Source: Rhizaria sp. SCN 62-66 (Eukaryota). Taken from it: a stretch of DNA of 43,630 bases. The position numbers and the translations under genes are program-made. Shown in pieces: positions 10,962-21,399 of the stretch; the stretch's first letter is position 1; every line of letters starts with the position of its first letter. Below the pieces are notes generated by a model. The model ran no database searches and was not told the origin of the DNA. It worked only from the letters and a program-made list of their open reading frames with translations. Location: the NCBI GenBank assembly GCA_001724265.1, contig MEDY01000282.1, positions 1 to 43,630 on the forward strand. The letters are read 5' to 3'.

Positions 10962-13900
10962 ATGAGTATTGGTCCACCGACACTGTATTTGCTGCAGCTA
11001 GCCACGCAGGTGCCAGTTGACCTCCACTTCTACCGCAGGGCAACCTTCTGCCTCTTCCTTCTGCGCGAAATCGACACCAAACTCCTCCGTGTTTGCGAGT
11101 ACGTCCTTACCCGTCGCTTGTCGCTTGTGCCGTTCGGCCCTTGAATTGACGGCCAAAATCATTTTTGATCATGAAGTTGTTGCTCTCGGTGATGCCGCCG
11201 ACACCAACTAAGTTGCTTAACTCGATATTTCTTGTTGATACCACTTTATCAAGCTTGCGGACCTATTTTGTGAAAGTTTTTAACTCACGTGCTTCTCTTG
11301 CCCCGCCTTACCCCCCATTCCTAGGAACACCACACTCATCGTCGAAGGACGATCTGAGCAGTGCGTCCGAACCGTAGTCAACCTTAAGTCCCAACAAACC
11401 CATGTGTGGGCTACGGACGATGAGTTGCGCGTGTTGAAGGCGACTGGCCTCGTCGCCAAGCGCGGTCCCCGCGCCGCCCTGGTCGAGGCCGACACCGTGG
11501 CCGTGCTGTTGCGCTCCTTCGGCTGCTTCCCGCAGGCCACCGTGTTCGAGTCCGCCATCGCGGACCTGCGCGCATCGTTTCCCGTGCTCCTGCCGGGCCA
11601 GACGGCCTCGGGCCGCGTCCCGACGCCGCTGCTGACGTACGCCTCGCGGCCTTCGGTGTACGCCACGCCGACGCCGCTGCCGTCAGGCGACGTGCCGGCG
11701 CACATCAACTACACCGTCGTGACCATCCCCGTCGACCACACGCTTATCCCCGTCACCGGCACCGTGACATCGGCCGTGACGGCGACCGCCGCCGCCGCCG
11801 CAGCCGCCGCCGCGGCCGCAGCCTCCGCCGCGACGACCACCGCGTCCATCGCGTCGGACGGTGCGCTCTCCCACCACGGGCACGCGCACGGGCCCGCGCA
11901 TGGCCACCACACTGGCCGCGGCGGCCACAGCCACCTGCACACAGCGGCAGCGCACAGCCTCGGCTTCGGCCACGCCCACAGTCACCTCGCGCTCGCGCAG
12001 CAGGCCCACGGCCACAGCCACGGCCAGGCCCACGGTCAGCAGGGCCACGGCCAGGGCCAGGAGGACGCGGGGCGTCTAGAGCACCGCCACAGCCACATCC
12101 ACGGTACGCGGCCCGGCACTACCGCGCGATCTATCGCCAACGCCGCCGCCAACACCGCGGCCGCCAGCACCGCGGCCGCCAACGCCGCCGCGTCTGCCTC
12201 GCAGTCGGCCGAGTCGAACCTGCTCTCCGCGCTCAGCCACGCCCACGCCCACGGTCTCTCGGGGCTCGCGCAGGCCCAGGGCCAGGCCGGCGGCGCTGCG
12301 GCCCGTGGTGTTAGCGTCGGCGGCGGCGCGCTGACTCTGGGCGGCACCGGGCTCAGCGCGGGCGCGCTCTCGGGACTCGCGGGCGGCTCTGCGCTAGGCG
12401 GCTCTGCTCTCGGCGGCTCTGCTCTGGGCGGGTCCGCGCTCGCCAGCCTCCAGCAGCAGCAGGGCAAGGTTGGCGGCGGCAGCAATAACCACGGCAGCGG
12501 CAACGGCAACACTGACTTGATGTCCCTGGCGATGGCTCTGTTCCAGCAGCAGCAGCAGCAGCAGAACCCGCCGCAGCTGCAGTCGCTGATCATGATGTTG
12601 GCGCAACAGCAGCAGCAGCAGAACCAGAGCCAGAATGTCTCCACGCTCATCAACCTGCTCATGCAGCAGCAACAGCAGCAGCAGCAGCAGCAGCAAGCCC
12701 AGGGCCCTGCACAGGCGCAACAACAGTCCGTCTCCTCCCAACAACAGCAGCCTCAGCAGTCGCAGTCGTTTGCGCAACCCGAGGCGCCCCAGCTGGGCGC
12801 CCACGCCGCGCTCCTCCGCGCCAGCTCCAACTCACAGTCGCATTCGCACGCGCTGCAGTCGCAGACGACGCCCCCCGCGTCGCTGAACGCGCTGTCGAGC
12901 CTGGGCTCGGCCGCGCTACTCGCGCAGGTCGCCAAGCGCAGCCGCCCCGCCGACGCCTCGGGCGCGGCCGCCGCCGCAGCGGAGCCTACCGTCCAGCTGG
13001 GCTTCCCCGGCTCTGTCTCCGGCTCCGGTTCTGGCTCTGGCGCCGGTGCTGGCTCTACGGGTCTCGGCCTCAGTGCGTTGGCTCTGCGCACCGCCTCGGG
13101 CAACGCGCTTAGCGGTAGCAACAGTACCGGCGGCCATAGCGGCCCCAACAGCAGCAGCGGCCTGACCCCGCCCAGCAACGCCAGCGCCGCGTCCGCCGCC
13201 GCCACCACGCTCTCCAACACTAGCAGCGGCCTCGCCGCGGCCGCTGCCCACGGCAACAGCACCAGCGGTGGCGGTGTTGGCGGCGCGGGCGACGGGCTAG
13301 CGCGGCTTATGGCGATGCCCAGCGCGCTGGCCGAGCTGACGGCCTCGCCGTCACTGCTGCCGCTGCTACAGGCACACCCGTCGCTGGCCTCGCTGGCGGC
13401 CGCGACGCCAGCGCTGTTGCCGCTGCTCAGCTCTAACACGTGCTCTGTCGCCGCACTCTTCCAGCTCCCCGTCGCGGCGGCCGCGGGCGAGTCCGCCCCG
13501 GCTTTCGTGGCGGCCGTGGCGCGCGCGCCCGCCGCGGCGGCCGTGCTGCTGCAGCACCCGTCGCTGATTGCCACGTGCGCCGCGCAGCCCCTCTTCGTGG
13601 CCTCGCTCGCAGCCAACCCCGCGCTCGCCACCGCGCTCGCCACGGGCGTCAACGGCGGCGTCCCGCCCGCGGCCGCCAACTCGAACAGTAGCAACAACAA
13701 TAACAACAATAACAATAACAACAACAGTAACAACAACAGCAACGCTGGCCCGTCGACCCCGGCCAATGCATTGACGCGCTCCCCTTTGTCCGCTGCCGCA
13801 GCCGCCGCCTCGGCCTCCGCGGCCGGCGCCACCGGGCCCAGTCCTGCACTGGGGACGCTCGGCGGCGGCCTGCTGAGTGGCATGCCCTCGGTGCCGACCC

Positions 13901-15606
13901 CCGTGGCCAGCTCCGTGGCCTCGTCGCTGCTCGCCGCCGCGGCCCCGGCGTCGGCAGAGCCCGCGCTGACGCCCTCGACGGCCGCCGCCGCCGCGGCCAC
14001 GCTCGCGGCCCGCGGCCCCGTCCCGGCGCCCGTGGCGCGCCCCGCGGCGCCGGCCTCGGTCCCGCCGGCCGGCGCGCAGGCCTCGACGGCCAGTCTGTCG
14101 ACGCTCTTCGGCGCGCACCCGCGGCTCGCCACGGCGCTCATCGCCGCCCCCGCCGCCGCGGCGGCGCTCACGGGCAGCGCGGCTCTCGTCGCCGCGGCCG
14201 TGGCGGCGCCCGCGTTGGCGACCGCACTCACGGTCACGCCCACGCTCGCCATTCAGCTCGTCGCCGTGCCGCTGCTGCCCGCCGCGCTGGCGGGGTCCGC
14301 TGCGCTGGCGGCTGCCGTGACCGCGAACCCGCGGCTGCTGCCCGCGCTGGCGGCGTCGCCCGCGATCGTTGCGGCGCTGAGCCAGAACCCACAGCTGTCG
14401 GCGGCCGTGGCGGCCAACCCGCAGCTGGTGGGCGCGCTGGCCGCGCAGCCGCAGCTGGCGACGCTGGCCACGGGCGGGAACCCCGCGCTGGCGGGCTTCC
14501 TCATGACCGCGGGCGCCGGCGCCGACCACGGTGCGCAGGTGCTGTCCACGCTCGCCCGTGCCATCAACCAGCAACAGCAGCAACAGATGCAGCAGACTCA
14601 ACACTCGCCTGCTTCTGCCGCTGCTGCGTCAGGCTCCGCGCCTGCGTCCGTGCCCGTGTCGACCGCATCCTCCCCGACCACTATCGCCGCCGCAGCCGCC
14701 GCCGCCGCTGCCGCCGCAGCCGCCGCCGCGGTGCCGGTGGCGATCGCGACGCCGGCCTTCGCGGGCTCGGCCCAGCCCTACCGCTCGGTGCTCCAGCCCG
14801 CGCTGGAGGTCCTGTCGCAGCGCGCGCTGGCGTCGATCGCCCCCGCGGACCCCGCGCGCTGGCCCTTCGTGGCCGACGCCGTGCTGCAGGCCGCCTCCTC
14901 CAGCGCTTTGCGCGCCGCGCTCGTCCAGCTCGCGCGCGCAGTCCCGCCCCACGAGCGCGCCGCCGCCATTGCCGCGGCCTCAGCGTCGAACGCCAACTCC
15001 GGCTCCGGGTCCTTGGGCTCCAGCTCGCCGGCGTCGGGGGCCGGCGCGGGCCAGAGCGGCGTGAGCGCGGTTGAGGCCCTGCTGTCGCTGGACCTGTCGC
15101 TGGCGACGGGCCCTGTGGCCGAGGCTCTCTCCCGCGAGGTCCTTGCCAAGGCCGTGTACGAGCTCCACCACCACTCTGCGCTGGCCCGCGCCAGCGCAGC
15201 TTGGGTCGCCGCCAAGGCCGGGCCCGAGGCCGCCGAGGCCTTTGCCGCGCAGGTCGCCGCCGCGCTTAAGGCCGGACAGCATCATAATGCGAGCACGGGG
15301 GCGGGCAAGCAGCAGCAGCACGCCGCCGCGGCCGACGCCGCCGCCGCCGCGCTGCTGGGCGACGGCTCGGGCGCCCCCGCCGCGCCGTCGCTGTCGCCCT
15401 CCGCGTCGGGCGTTGTCGTCACCAACGACGGGACTTCCGGCAGCAGCGGCATGAGCAGTGGCAGCGGCAGCGGCGGCGCAGTGCAGGCCGTGCGCGGCGG
15501 TGAGCCCGACCTGGAGGCCAAGCGGCGCGCGCTCGCCGAGACGCTGCGCGCGCAGGGCCACGCGGCCGCCGCCGAGGCCGCGGCCGGCACCGCGGTACTC
15601 GATTGA
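10962..15606 (+). CDS. 1472-aa putative transcriptional regulator: N-terminal Ski/Sno/Dach-like winged-helix domain, His-rich, polyQ and polyN tracts, two decapeptide repeat arrays. Exons 10962..11098, 11325..15606
   Basis: A phase-2 intron GTACGT(11099)...CTAG(11324) joins ORF 10947 in frame to ORF 11404: MSIGPPTLYLLQL...LFLLREIDTKLLRVCENTTLIVEGRSEQCVRTVVNLKSQQTHVWATDDELRVLKATGLVAKRGPRAALVEADTVAVLLRSFG. It is colinear with the N-terminus of the gene at 23944. Stop is TGA. Confidence 0.75.
12382..12441 (+). repeat. 4 x 15-bp coding tandem repeat (GGSAL)4
   Basis: ggcggctctgcgcta ggcggctctgctctc ggcggctctgctctg ggcgggtccgcgctc. Confidence 0.85.
13315..13644 (+). repeat. Protein-level 10-aa repeat array 1 (about 11 units, consensus xPxLxxxLxA)
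   Basis: MPSALAELTA SPSLLPLLQA HPSLASLAAA TPALLPLLSS NTCSVAALFQ LPVAAAAGES APAFVAAVAR APAAAAVLLQ HPSLIATCAA QPLFVASLAA NPALATALAT. Confidence 0.75.
14116..14502 (+). repeat. Protein-level 10-aa repeat array 2 (about 12-13 units, consensus xPxLxxALxA)
   Basis: HPRLATALIA APAAAAALTG SAALVAAAVA APALATALTV TPTLAIQLVA VPLLPAALAG SAALAAAVTA NPRLLPALAA SPAIVAALSQ NPQLSAAVAA NPQLVGALAA QPQLATLATG GNPALAGFL. Confidence 0.8.
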
Positions 15607-15660
15607 GGGGTCTTTTCAAAGGGGCCTCGACTCAGGGGGGGCCTCGACTAAGGGGCCCCT
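15607..15660 (+). repeat. Four G-runs with 10-nt spacers, a direct repeat GGGGCCTCGACT x2 and the palindrome AGGGGCCCCT, immediately after the stop codon
   Basis: gggg-tcttttcaaa-gggg-cctcgactca-ggggggg-cctcgactaa-gggg-cccct. Confidence 0.7.
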
Positions 15661-17271
15661 ACTATCTATACTAACAGATGGGCAGTTGTTCATCGCACGT
15701 ATTTTCATTTTGATGCATCACATGACAGTTTCTACACGTTGTCTTTTCTTGCATTTTGCTTGCTTCTTTTTATTATCCTTCCTTCCCCAATGTCACCATT
15801 CCTCACATCCACTTGAACTCACTCAAAACGAATTGACTCGAATCGAATCGCATCGCGTAACATACGGCAGACGGTTGCACGCTCACTCGCGCACTCACGC
15901 TGGGGACGCACTGCTTTTTTCATATCGGCTTTTTGTTTGTTCTGCTTGAGCTCCATGCTTTTGTGGGCTGATTATCTCTATATTGATTCTGCTCTCTTTC
16001 AGAATCACTTGATTTGACATTGTGACTGTGTTATGCACGGCGGAGCGGGAGCGTGCTTAGCGCGCTTGTCTTTTTCGCATATCCGCGCTCTCATTGTGTT
16101 TCCTTTTTCTGTGTGTTTCTTCCTCATATTTGTTGTTGTTTTTGTGTCCTCATATCTTTTCTTCTGTCTGTCTGCCTGTTTGTCAGTCTGCTGCCAATTG
16201 TCTGTCTGTATTTATGTGCTCCACACACTGTCTGCTGTATCGCTTGATGTTTTGTGCGCAGCAGACGTCACACGTACCCCATGTCGAGACTATGCGCGTC
16301 GTAGCGTGTCACGTCTTGTCACAGTCGCGTGATCCATACATTGTGTGAGCAAGTCCGTTTTCTGATTCTGTTTTGTTTCTGCCGCTGCTTTTGCTTTTGC
16401 TTCTGAAAGGTCACTCTTGAATCACCGTCATTGCAGTTGCAGCACGGTTGTTGGTGGCAGTTGAAGTCGTCGCCTCCAATCACCTTCACGTCGCATGCTT
16501 CATTCGTCTTATGTTTTGGTTTCTTCTTGGTTCAATGTTCTCATGTTACTGCTGCTGTCGCGGGGACGACATACCAACTGCACAGAAGACCATTTGCCCG
16601 GTTTACTTTCTTCTCCCCCACTCCTCTTCCTGGACGACGGTGGACGACAACATGGGCCTGGCTTCGTTTCTTATTTGCTTTTTAAATCATATTTAGAGTG
16701 CATGTTTTTGTGCGTGTTTTTTGTGGTTTCATTTGCTTTTTCTTGTTTTTGCTCTTGCTGTTGCTGCATCCCCCTCCCCCACCCCCAGTCACTTGCTTTT
16801 CCCGCATTGTAGTCATATCTTCCTGCTTTGTCGCCGCGCTGCGCTGCGCCCTACTTTCTCTGTGTTGTGCTGCTTGTGTTCAACGAGTGTACATGTGCAT
16901 TTGAATTTGCTTTATTCAGCTGATCACCCATCTTTATAGTTATCTCACTTTCAAGTCTTGGGAAACGTTTGTTCATGCGTTTCATTTGACACCCGCCTTA
17001 ATACACAGTCTTATCATTATTTGTTCGCTCAGTTCAATCTTCGTGTAAGGCTCGTCTTAGAGCCGAGAACGAGAGTCGTCACATCGCTTTCAAACGCAAC
17101 TGGCCAGTGATGATGCAAACTTGCAAGACGGTCGATAAGCTAATGCGCATCGTGGATTCTTCTCCAGGAATGGAAACACATGTTGATGTCTTCTTCAACA
17201 CAACGATCGTCAATAACCCCACAATTTCATCATTGGATAATTCTGTGCGAGTTGTATATTCTCTGATAATT

Positions 17272-20200
17272 ATGGACGAGATCGAAGCCTTATTGAGCGC
17301 CAACGGAGCTGATGAGCCGGAGTTTAAGTTCGCGGCATTGATCCTTCTCCGCGACGTTCTCACGACCGAGTCTGCGTCTCATGAGTCATCCGTGATCGAG
17401 CGCGCGCGCTCTCTCGGCGTTTTCGACCAAGTTGGGACCCCATTCCTTGCTTCACTGCTTCTTACACCCACGTCTCAGGCAGGCCCAGTCCCCGAATGTG
17501 CGCCTGCTGAGGACGCAGCTTCCGCTGCAGGTCCTGCGACCGCGGGCACTGCTGCCACCAGCTCCAGCTTGTCCGACGACTCAGCCCATCCGCCGTTGCT
17601 TGTTCTATCTCTAATGAGCTCTGTCATTATCCCCGCGCTTGCAGTCAGAACGACTACGTTGGCAGCCACAACAACCGCATCTGAAGTTTCTACGGCTGCC
17701 TCCAAGCTTGCCACGAGCCTCGCCCTGCCCCTTTGGGTCCACGCCGACGCCGCCCTTGCCACCGTCATTGCCGCCATGCGCTATCCACGCACCTTAGTGG
17801 GCAAGCCCGCCGCAGTGAACGACTCGGTGACTGTGAGCGACTCTGTGACTGTTAGCTACGCGAACTACGCGCACGCTCTGTCCCTGGCGTGCGCGGCGAC
17901 TGCAGAAGCACTGCGCCCGTCACGCCTGTGCTCGCGCCCGCGCCTCGCAGCCGCCGCGCTGGCCGCCGCTTTGTCTCACTGGTGCTCACAGTCACTTGTC
18001 ACGCTCACGTCAAACAGCCGCAACATCAGCAGCGGCTGTACCGAGCTTGTGAACAACAATAACGCTGCAGTTGCAGTCGCGCAGCGTGCGCTGCAGCTGC
18101 TCATCTCGGGCGCTTTCCGCTCACACATCACGGCGGCCTTCCACGAGGCGCTGCTGCAGCAACAAGCGACGCTGATGACGAAGCAGGGTGCAGGGCTGGG
18201 TGAGCAAGAGGGCGCATGCGGCGACAGCGCCGCCTCCCAACGAAGCGGCAGTGCGACTGGCCACGACAGCGATGGCGTCCATGTCTGCGCCGCCGCTGCC
18301 GCCGTTGTTGCCGCCGCACTCTCCATCTCCGACAGTCGCACTGCCAGCTTCAGTGGAAACGGCGCCGGCGACACCGGCAATGGCACTGGTCACGACAGCG
18401 CGCTGGGCGCGGGCTGCGTGCTGGCGCCGCTTCTGCTCGCGCACCCGTTGCCCTCCAGTCTTGCCCTCTCTCCCGCCTCTGCGGCCGCCGCGGCCGCTGT
18501 TCCGGGCGCTGCCAGCGCGAGCGCGAGTGCGGCGGCGCCAGACGCAGTGCCCGCGGCGCTGCGCCCGCTGGCGCGCGCAGCCTCCGCGCCCGCGCGCCTC
18601 CTGGCCGTGCTGCTGCTCCCGCCCCCTGTCTCGGCTGTGCAGGCCGCAGCAGCAGCGGCTACGGCCGCGGCGCTGACTGTGGCGAGCGACACGGCACGCG
18701 CGCTCTCGCTGGCCGTGCTCTGCGCGCTGCTGGCCGCGGCGCATCAGCTCGCGCCCCCGCCGTCCGACGCGGCCGACTCGTCCGCCCACGGCGCCGCCAG
18801 CGTCAGGGGGAGCGCGGTCGGTCTGGGCGTGAGCGGCGGCCGCTGGTGGGCTGCGCCGCTGCCGCCGCTGCTGCGCCCGCGCATCCTCTGCGGTACAAGC
18901 GGCGCCCCCGCTGGCTCCCTCGCCAATTATGGCGCCGTGAAGACGGGTGCGCCGTTCCCCGCGTTCCCCGGCTTTCTGCCCCCCGCCTGGGTCCTGCTGC
19001 TCCGCCTTGTCATCACGCCGCCGCTCGCGTCAACCGTGGCCAAGGCCAAACCCGGCGCAAACGCCAGCACATATGACAGCGCCAACAGCGCGTCGCCGTG
19101 GCATTCGCCGTCGCCGCTGACCCCGGCGCCCGCGTCGCCGCTGCTGGCCGCGCTGCGGCTGCCAGTGCTGGCCGCGCTCGCTGCACTGCTGCACGCCACG
19201 GGGCCCGCGCTGCTGACCGCCGACGCGCACTGCCTCCCGGCCGCTGGCGCCGCCGCTAGCTCTAGCACTGGCACTGGCGCTGGCGCTGGCACTACCGCTA
19301 GCGCTAGCATGAGCCCGCAGCGCCCTCCAGCGCTTACCGGCGCCGGGGCCCTCTGGACCGCGATGCTCACCGCGGCGTCGCATGGCAACAGTGCTCCGGG
19401 CCCCGCGCCGCGGCTGCTGCCCGCGCCACGCCCGCTGCCCGCGGCGCCGCTGCTGTTCACGGTCACCGCACTCGCCAAGGTCGAGGCCGCGGTCGCGCTC
19501 GCCTCTGTGGTCAGTGAAGCGCGCGCAGTGGCCGCCGCGGAGGACGCTGTTGTCGCTGCGCTCGCGCGCGGCGTGGCCGTCGCGGCCGCGAGACACGCAG
19601 CTAGCGCCGGCACAGTGTCAGGCACAGTGTCTGCGAGCGCGAGTGCGTGTGCGAGTGTGAATGGCAAGGCTGACGCGGAGGCGGAGGCTCTGGCGGCTTC
19701 GTGGCTGGGCCGTGACACCGTCGCTGCCGCTGTTGCTGCGCTCGACAAAGACGCTGACGCGTTCGCCGCAGCAGCGCTCTCAGCAACAGCAGCAGCAGCA
19801 GCAGCCGCTGTGACGCCGGAATCGTCGCTGCACGCCACGCCCGCTGCCGACTGCGACGCAGCGACTGTCGCCGTCGTCGACAGCGACGACGACGACGACG
19901 ACGACGGCGCTGCCACTGCGACGACTCGTGCTGCCACTGCGGCCGCGACGGCGGCGGACGCGACCGAGGTCGCAACTGCGGCGGCAGTGGCGGCGGCGGC
20001 AGCGACGCTGGCTCGAGCCGCGGGCGCGCGCGCAGGCGCGGCGGCGGGCGCCGTGGCCGCCGTCATCGGCACTCTCTACGCCGCGCTTATCGCGGCCCTC
20101 GGCGACGAAGACGAAGACGACGACGACGACGAGAGTACCGTTAGCGGCAGCGACGGACGCGAGGCCGCTGCGGTCACCGCTGCCGTCGCCTCCACGGTAG

Positions 20201-20994
20201 CCGACAGCGAGCTCGTCGCAGCTTCGGCAGCCCCGCCCGCGCGCGCGCTCTCGCTCGCCGCTGCAGTCGACCTTGAGGCCAAGGCCACCACCTCCGCAAC
20301 CACGAATACGGCGACTGCGTTCTCGTACGAGTCTGTCGCTGCCACTGTCTTCGTCCCCGCTCGCTCACACGCGCTGTCACAGCAACAGCAGACTGCGTTG
20401 ACCACCCTGCTGCCCGCGCTGCCGCGGCCACCCCGCTCGCTGTCTCTCGCGCGTGCGGTGCTCTCGCGGCCCGGCGACGCGGCCACGCTGCTGGACTCGC
20501 TCAACGCGCTCGCGTGGCCCTTCATTGAGTTCCTGGCGTCGGCCGCGCAGTTCGCACGTGACGCCGCGCTTCGCCGCGCACGTCTCGCGCACACGCGCGC
20601 GCGCGCCAGGGCGCTCGGCCGCAGCTGCGACTGGGGCGCGCTCACGGCCCCGCTGCGCTCTGTTGTTGCTTCGGCGGCAACTGTGGCCGCGGTGGACGGC
20701 GGCGCGCTGTTGGCGGCGGCGCGCGTGCTCGCGGTGGTGTTGGGCGAGTCCGAGGGCGGGGCGCCGCTGAAGACCGACAAGGCCGCGCCGCTTGCGCGCG
20801 ACGTGGGCGAGGCAGCCGTCCTGGCGCTGGGCATGACTGCCGGCGCGGGTGCGGGCGCAGCTGCGGATGCGGAGCTCGAGGAGTTGATCAAGGAAGCGGG
20901 CGTGTGGCCGCGGACTGGCAGCGTAGCAATGAAGAAGAACGCGCGGTTTGTCACGAAGGATGGTGGGCTTTTCGGCGAATCCCTTGATTTATAA
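17272..20994 (+). CDS. Neurochondrin-like ARM-type protein (about 1240 aa) expanded by Ala-rich insertions
   Basis: The N-terminus EPEFKFAALILLRDVL...GVFDQVGTPFLASLLLT resembles the neurochondrin signature (EQFAALLLV...IFDAVGFTFPNRLLTT). The C-terminal LLAAARVLAVVLGESE resembles ASVRILGAWLAEET. Start set at ATG 17272, where the homology begins; upstream in-frame ATGs from 17110 are possible. Stop is TAA. Confidence 0.65.
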   Translation: MDEIEALLSANGADEPEFKFAALILLRDVLTTESASHESSVIERARSLGVFDQVGTPFLASLLLTPTSQAGPVPECAPAEDAASAAGPATAGTAATSSSLSDDSAHPPLLVLSLMSSVIIPALAVRTTTLAATTTASEVSTAASKLATSLALPLWVHADAALATVIAAMRYPRTLVGKPAAVNDSVTVSDSVTVSYANYAHALSLACAATAEALRPSRLCSRPRLAAAALAAALSHWCSQSLVTLTSNSRNISSGCTELVNNNNAAVAVAQRALQLLISGAFRSHITAAFHEALLQQQATLMTKQGAGLGEQEGACGDSAASQRSGSATGHDSDGVHVCAAAAAVVAAALSISDSRTASFSGNGAGDTGNGTGHDSALGAGCVLAPLLLAHPLPSSLALSPASAAAAAAVPGAASASASAAAPDAVPAALRPLARAASAPARLLAVLLLPPPVSAVQAAAAAATAAALTVASDTARALSLAVLCALLAAAHQLAPPPSDAADSSAHGAASVRGSAVGLGVSGGRWWAAPLPPLLRPRILCGTSGAPAGSLANYGAVKTGAPFPAFPGFLPPAWVLLLRLVITPPLASTVAKAKPGANASTYDSANSASPWHSPSPLTPAPASPLLAALRLPVLAALAALLHATGPALLTADAHCLPAAGAAASSSTGTGAGAGTTASASMSPQRPPALTGAGALWTAMLTAASHGNSAPGPAPRLLPAPRPLPAAPLLFTVTALAKVEAAVALASVVSEARAVAAAEDAVVAALARGVAVAAARHAASAGTVSGTVSASASACASVNGKADAEAEALAASWLGRDTVAAAVAALDKDADAFAAAALSATAAAAAAAVTPESSLHATPAADCDAATVAVVDSDDDDDDDGAATATTRAATAAATAADATEVATAAAVAAAAATLARAAGARAGAAAGAVAAVIGTLYAALIAALGDEDEDDDDDESTVSGSDGREAAAVTAAVASTVADSELVAASAAPPARALSLAAAVDLEAKATTSATTNTATAFSYESVAATVFVPARSHALSQQQQTALTTLLPALPRPPRSLSLARAVLSRPGDAATLLDSLNALAWPFIEFLASAAQFARDAALRRARLAHTRARARALGRSCDWGALTAPLRSVVASAATVAAVDGGALLAAARVLAVVLGESEGGAPLKTDKAAPLARDVGEAAVLALGMTAGAGAGAAADAELEELIKEAGVWPRTGSVAMKKNARFVTKDGGLFGESLDL

Positions 20995-21399
20995 GTGTTA
21001 CATAGTACCAGAAATACATAGGTCTAATATTCTTTTTCGCAGATATTGTTTTTAAGTCAGTGCACGCAAAACTGATTATAACCACAACTGCCTCGTCACC
21101 AGGTCGTCGAGTTGATGTGGCATGAGGTTCGAACTACCACTTCTGAAAACTGTCGCCCATTCATGCAGACATCCGTCTAATAGCGATATCTCTGCGACTC
21201 GTGTTATAAGGTTTAATTGAATGTTTATCCTTTAAATACAACTATGCAAACCCAACGATGTTACGATGATAATCTACCTTTAAATGTCGACTCACAGAAG
21301 TCTGTTGCAACTGCTCCCTGGCCCTCTCTTCGCGTGCTCCATCATCACCATGTTGCAGTCCGCTTTTACAGCTTTATCCCCCAGACACGCCAAAGTAAC

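Noticed and set aside
15661-17100. Short Phe/Leu/Cys/Val-rich ORFs and a Helitron-like 5' end (A|TCTATACTAA)
   Set aside because: The ORFs are by-products of T-rich 3'UTR/intergenic sequence. No matching 3' hairpin-CTRR end or RepHel coding sequence is seen.
21100-21145. GGTTCGAAC, resembling a tRNA T-loop/B-box (possible suppressor tRNA)
   Set aside because: No paired T-stem, D-arm or anticodon arm can be built. No tRNA was found by eye in the window.
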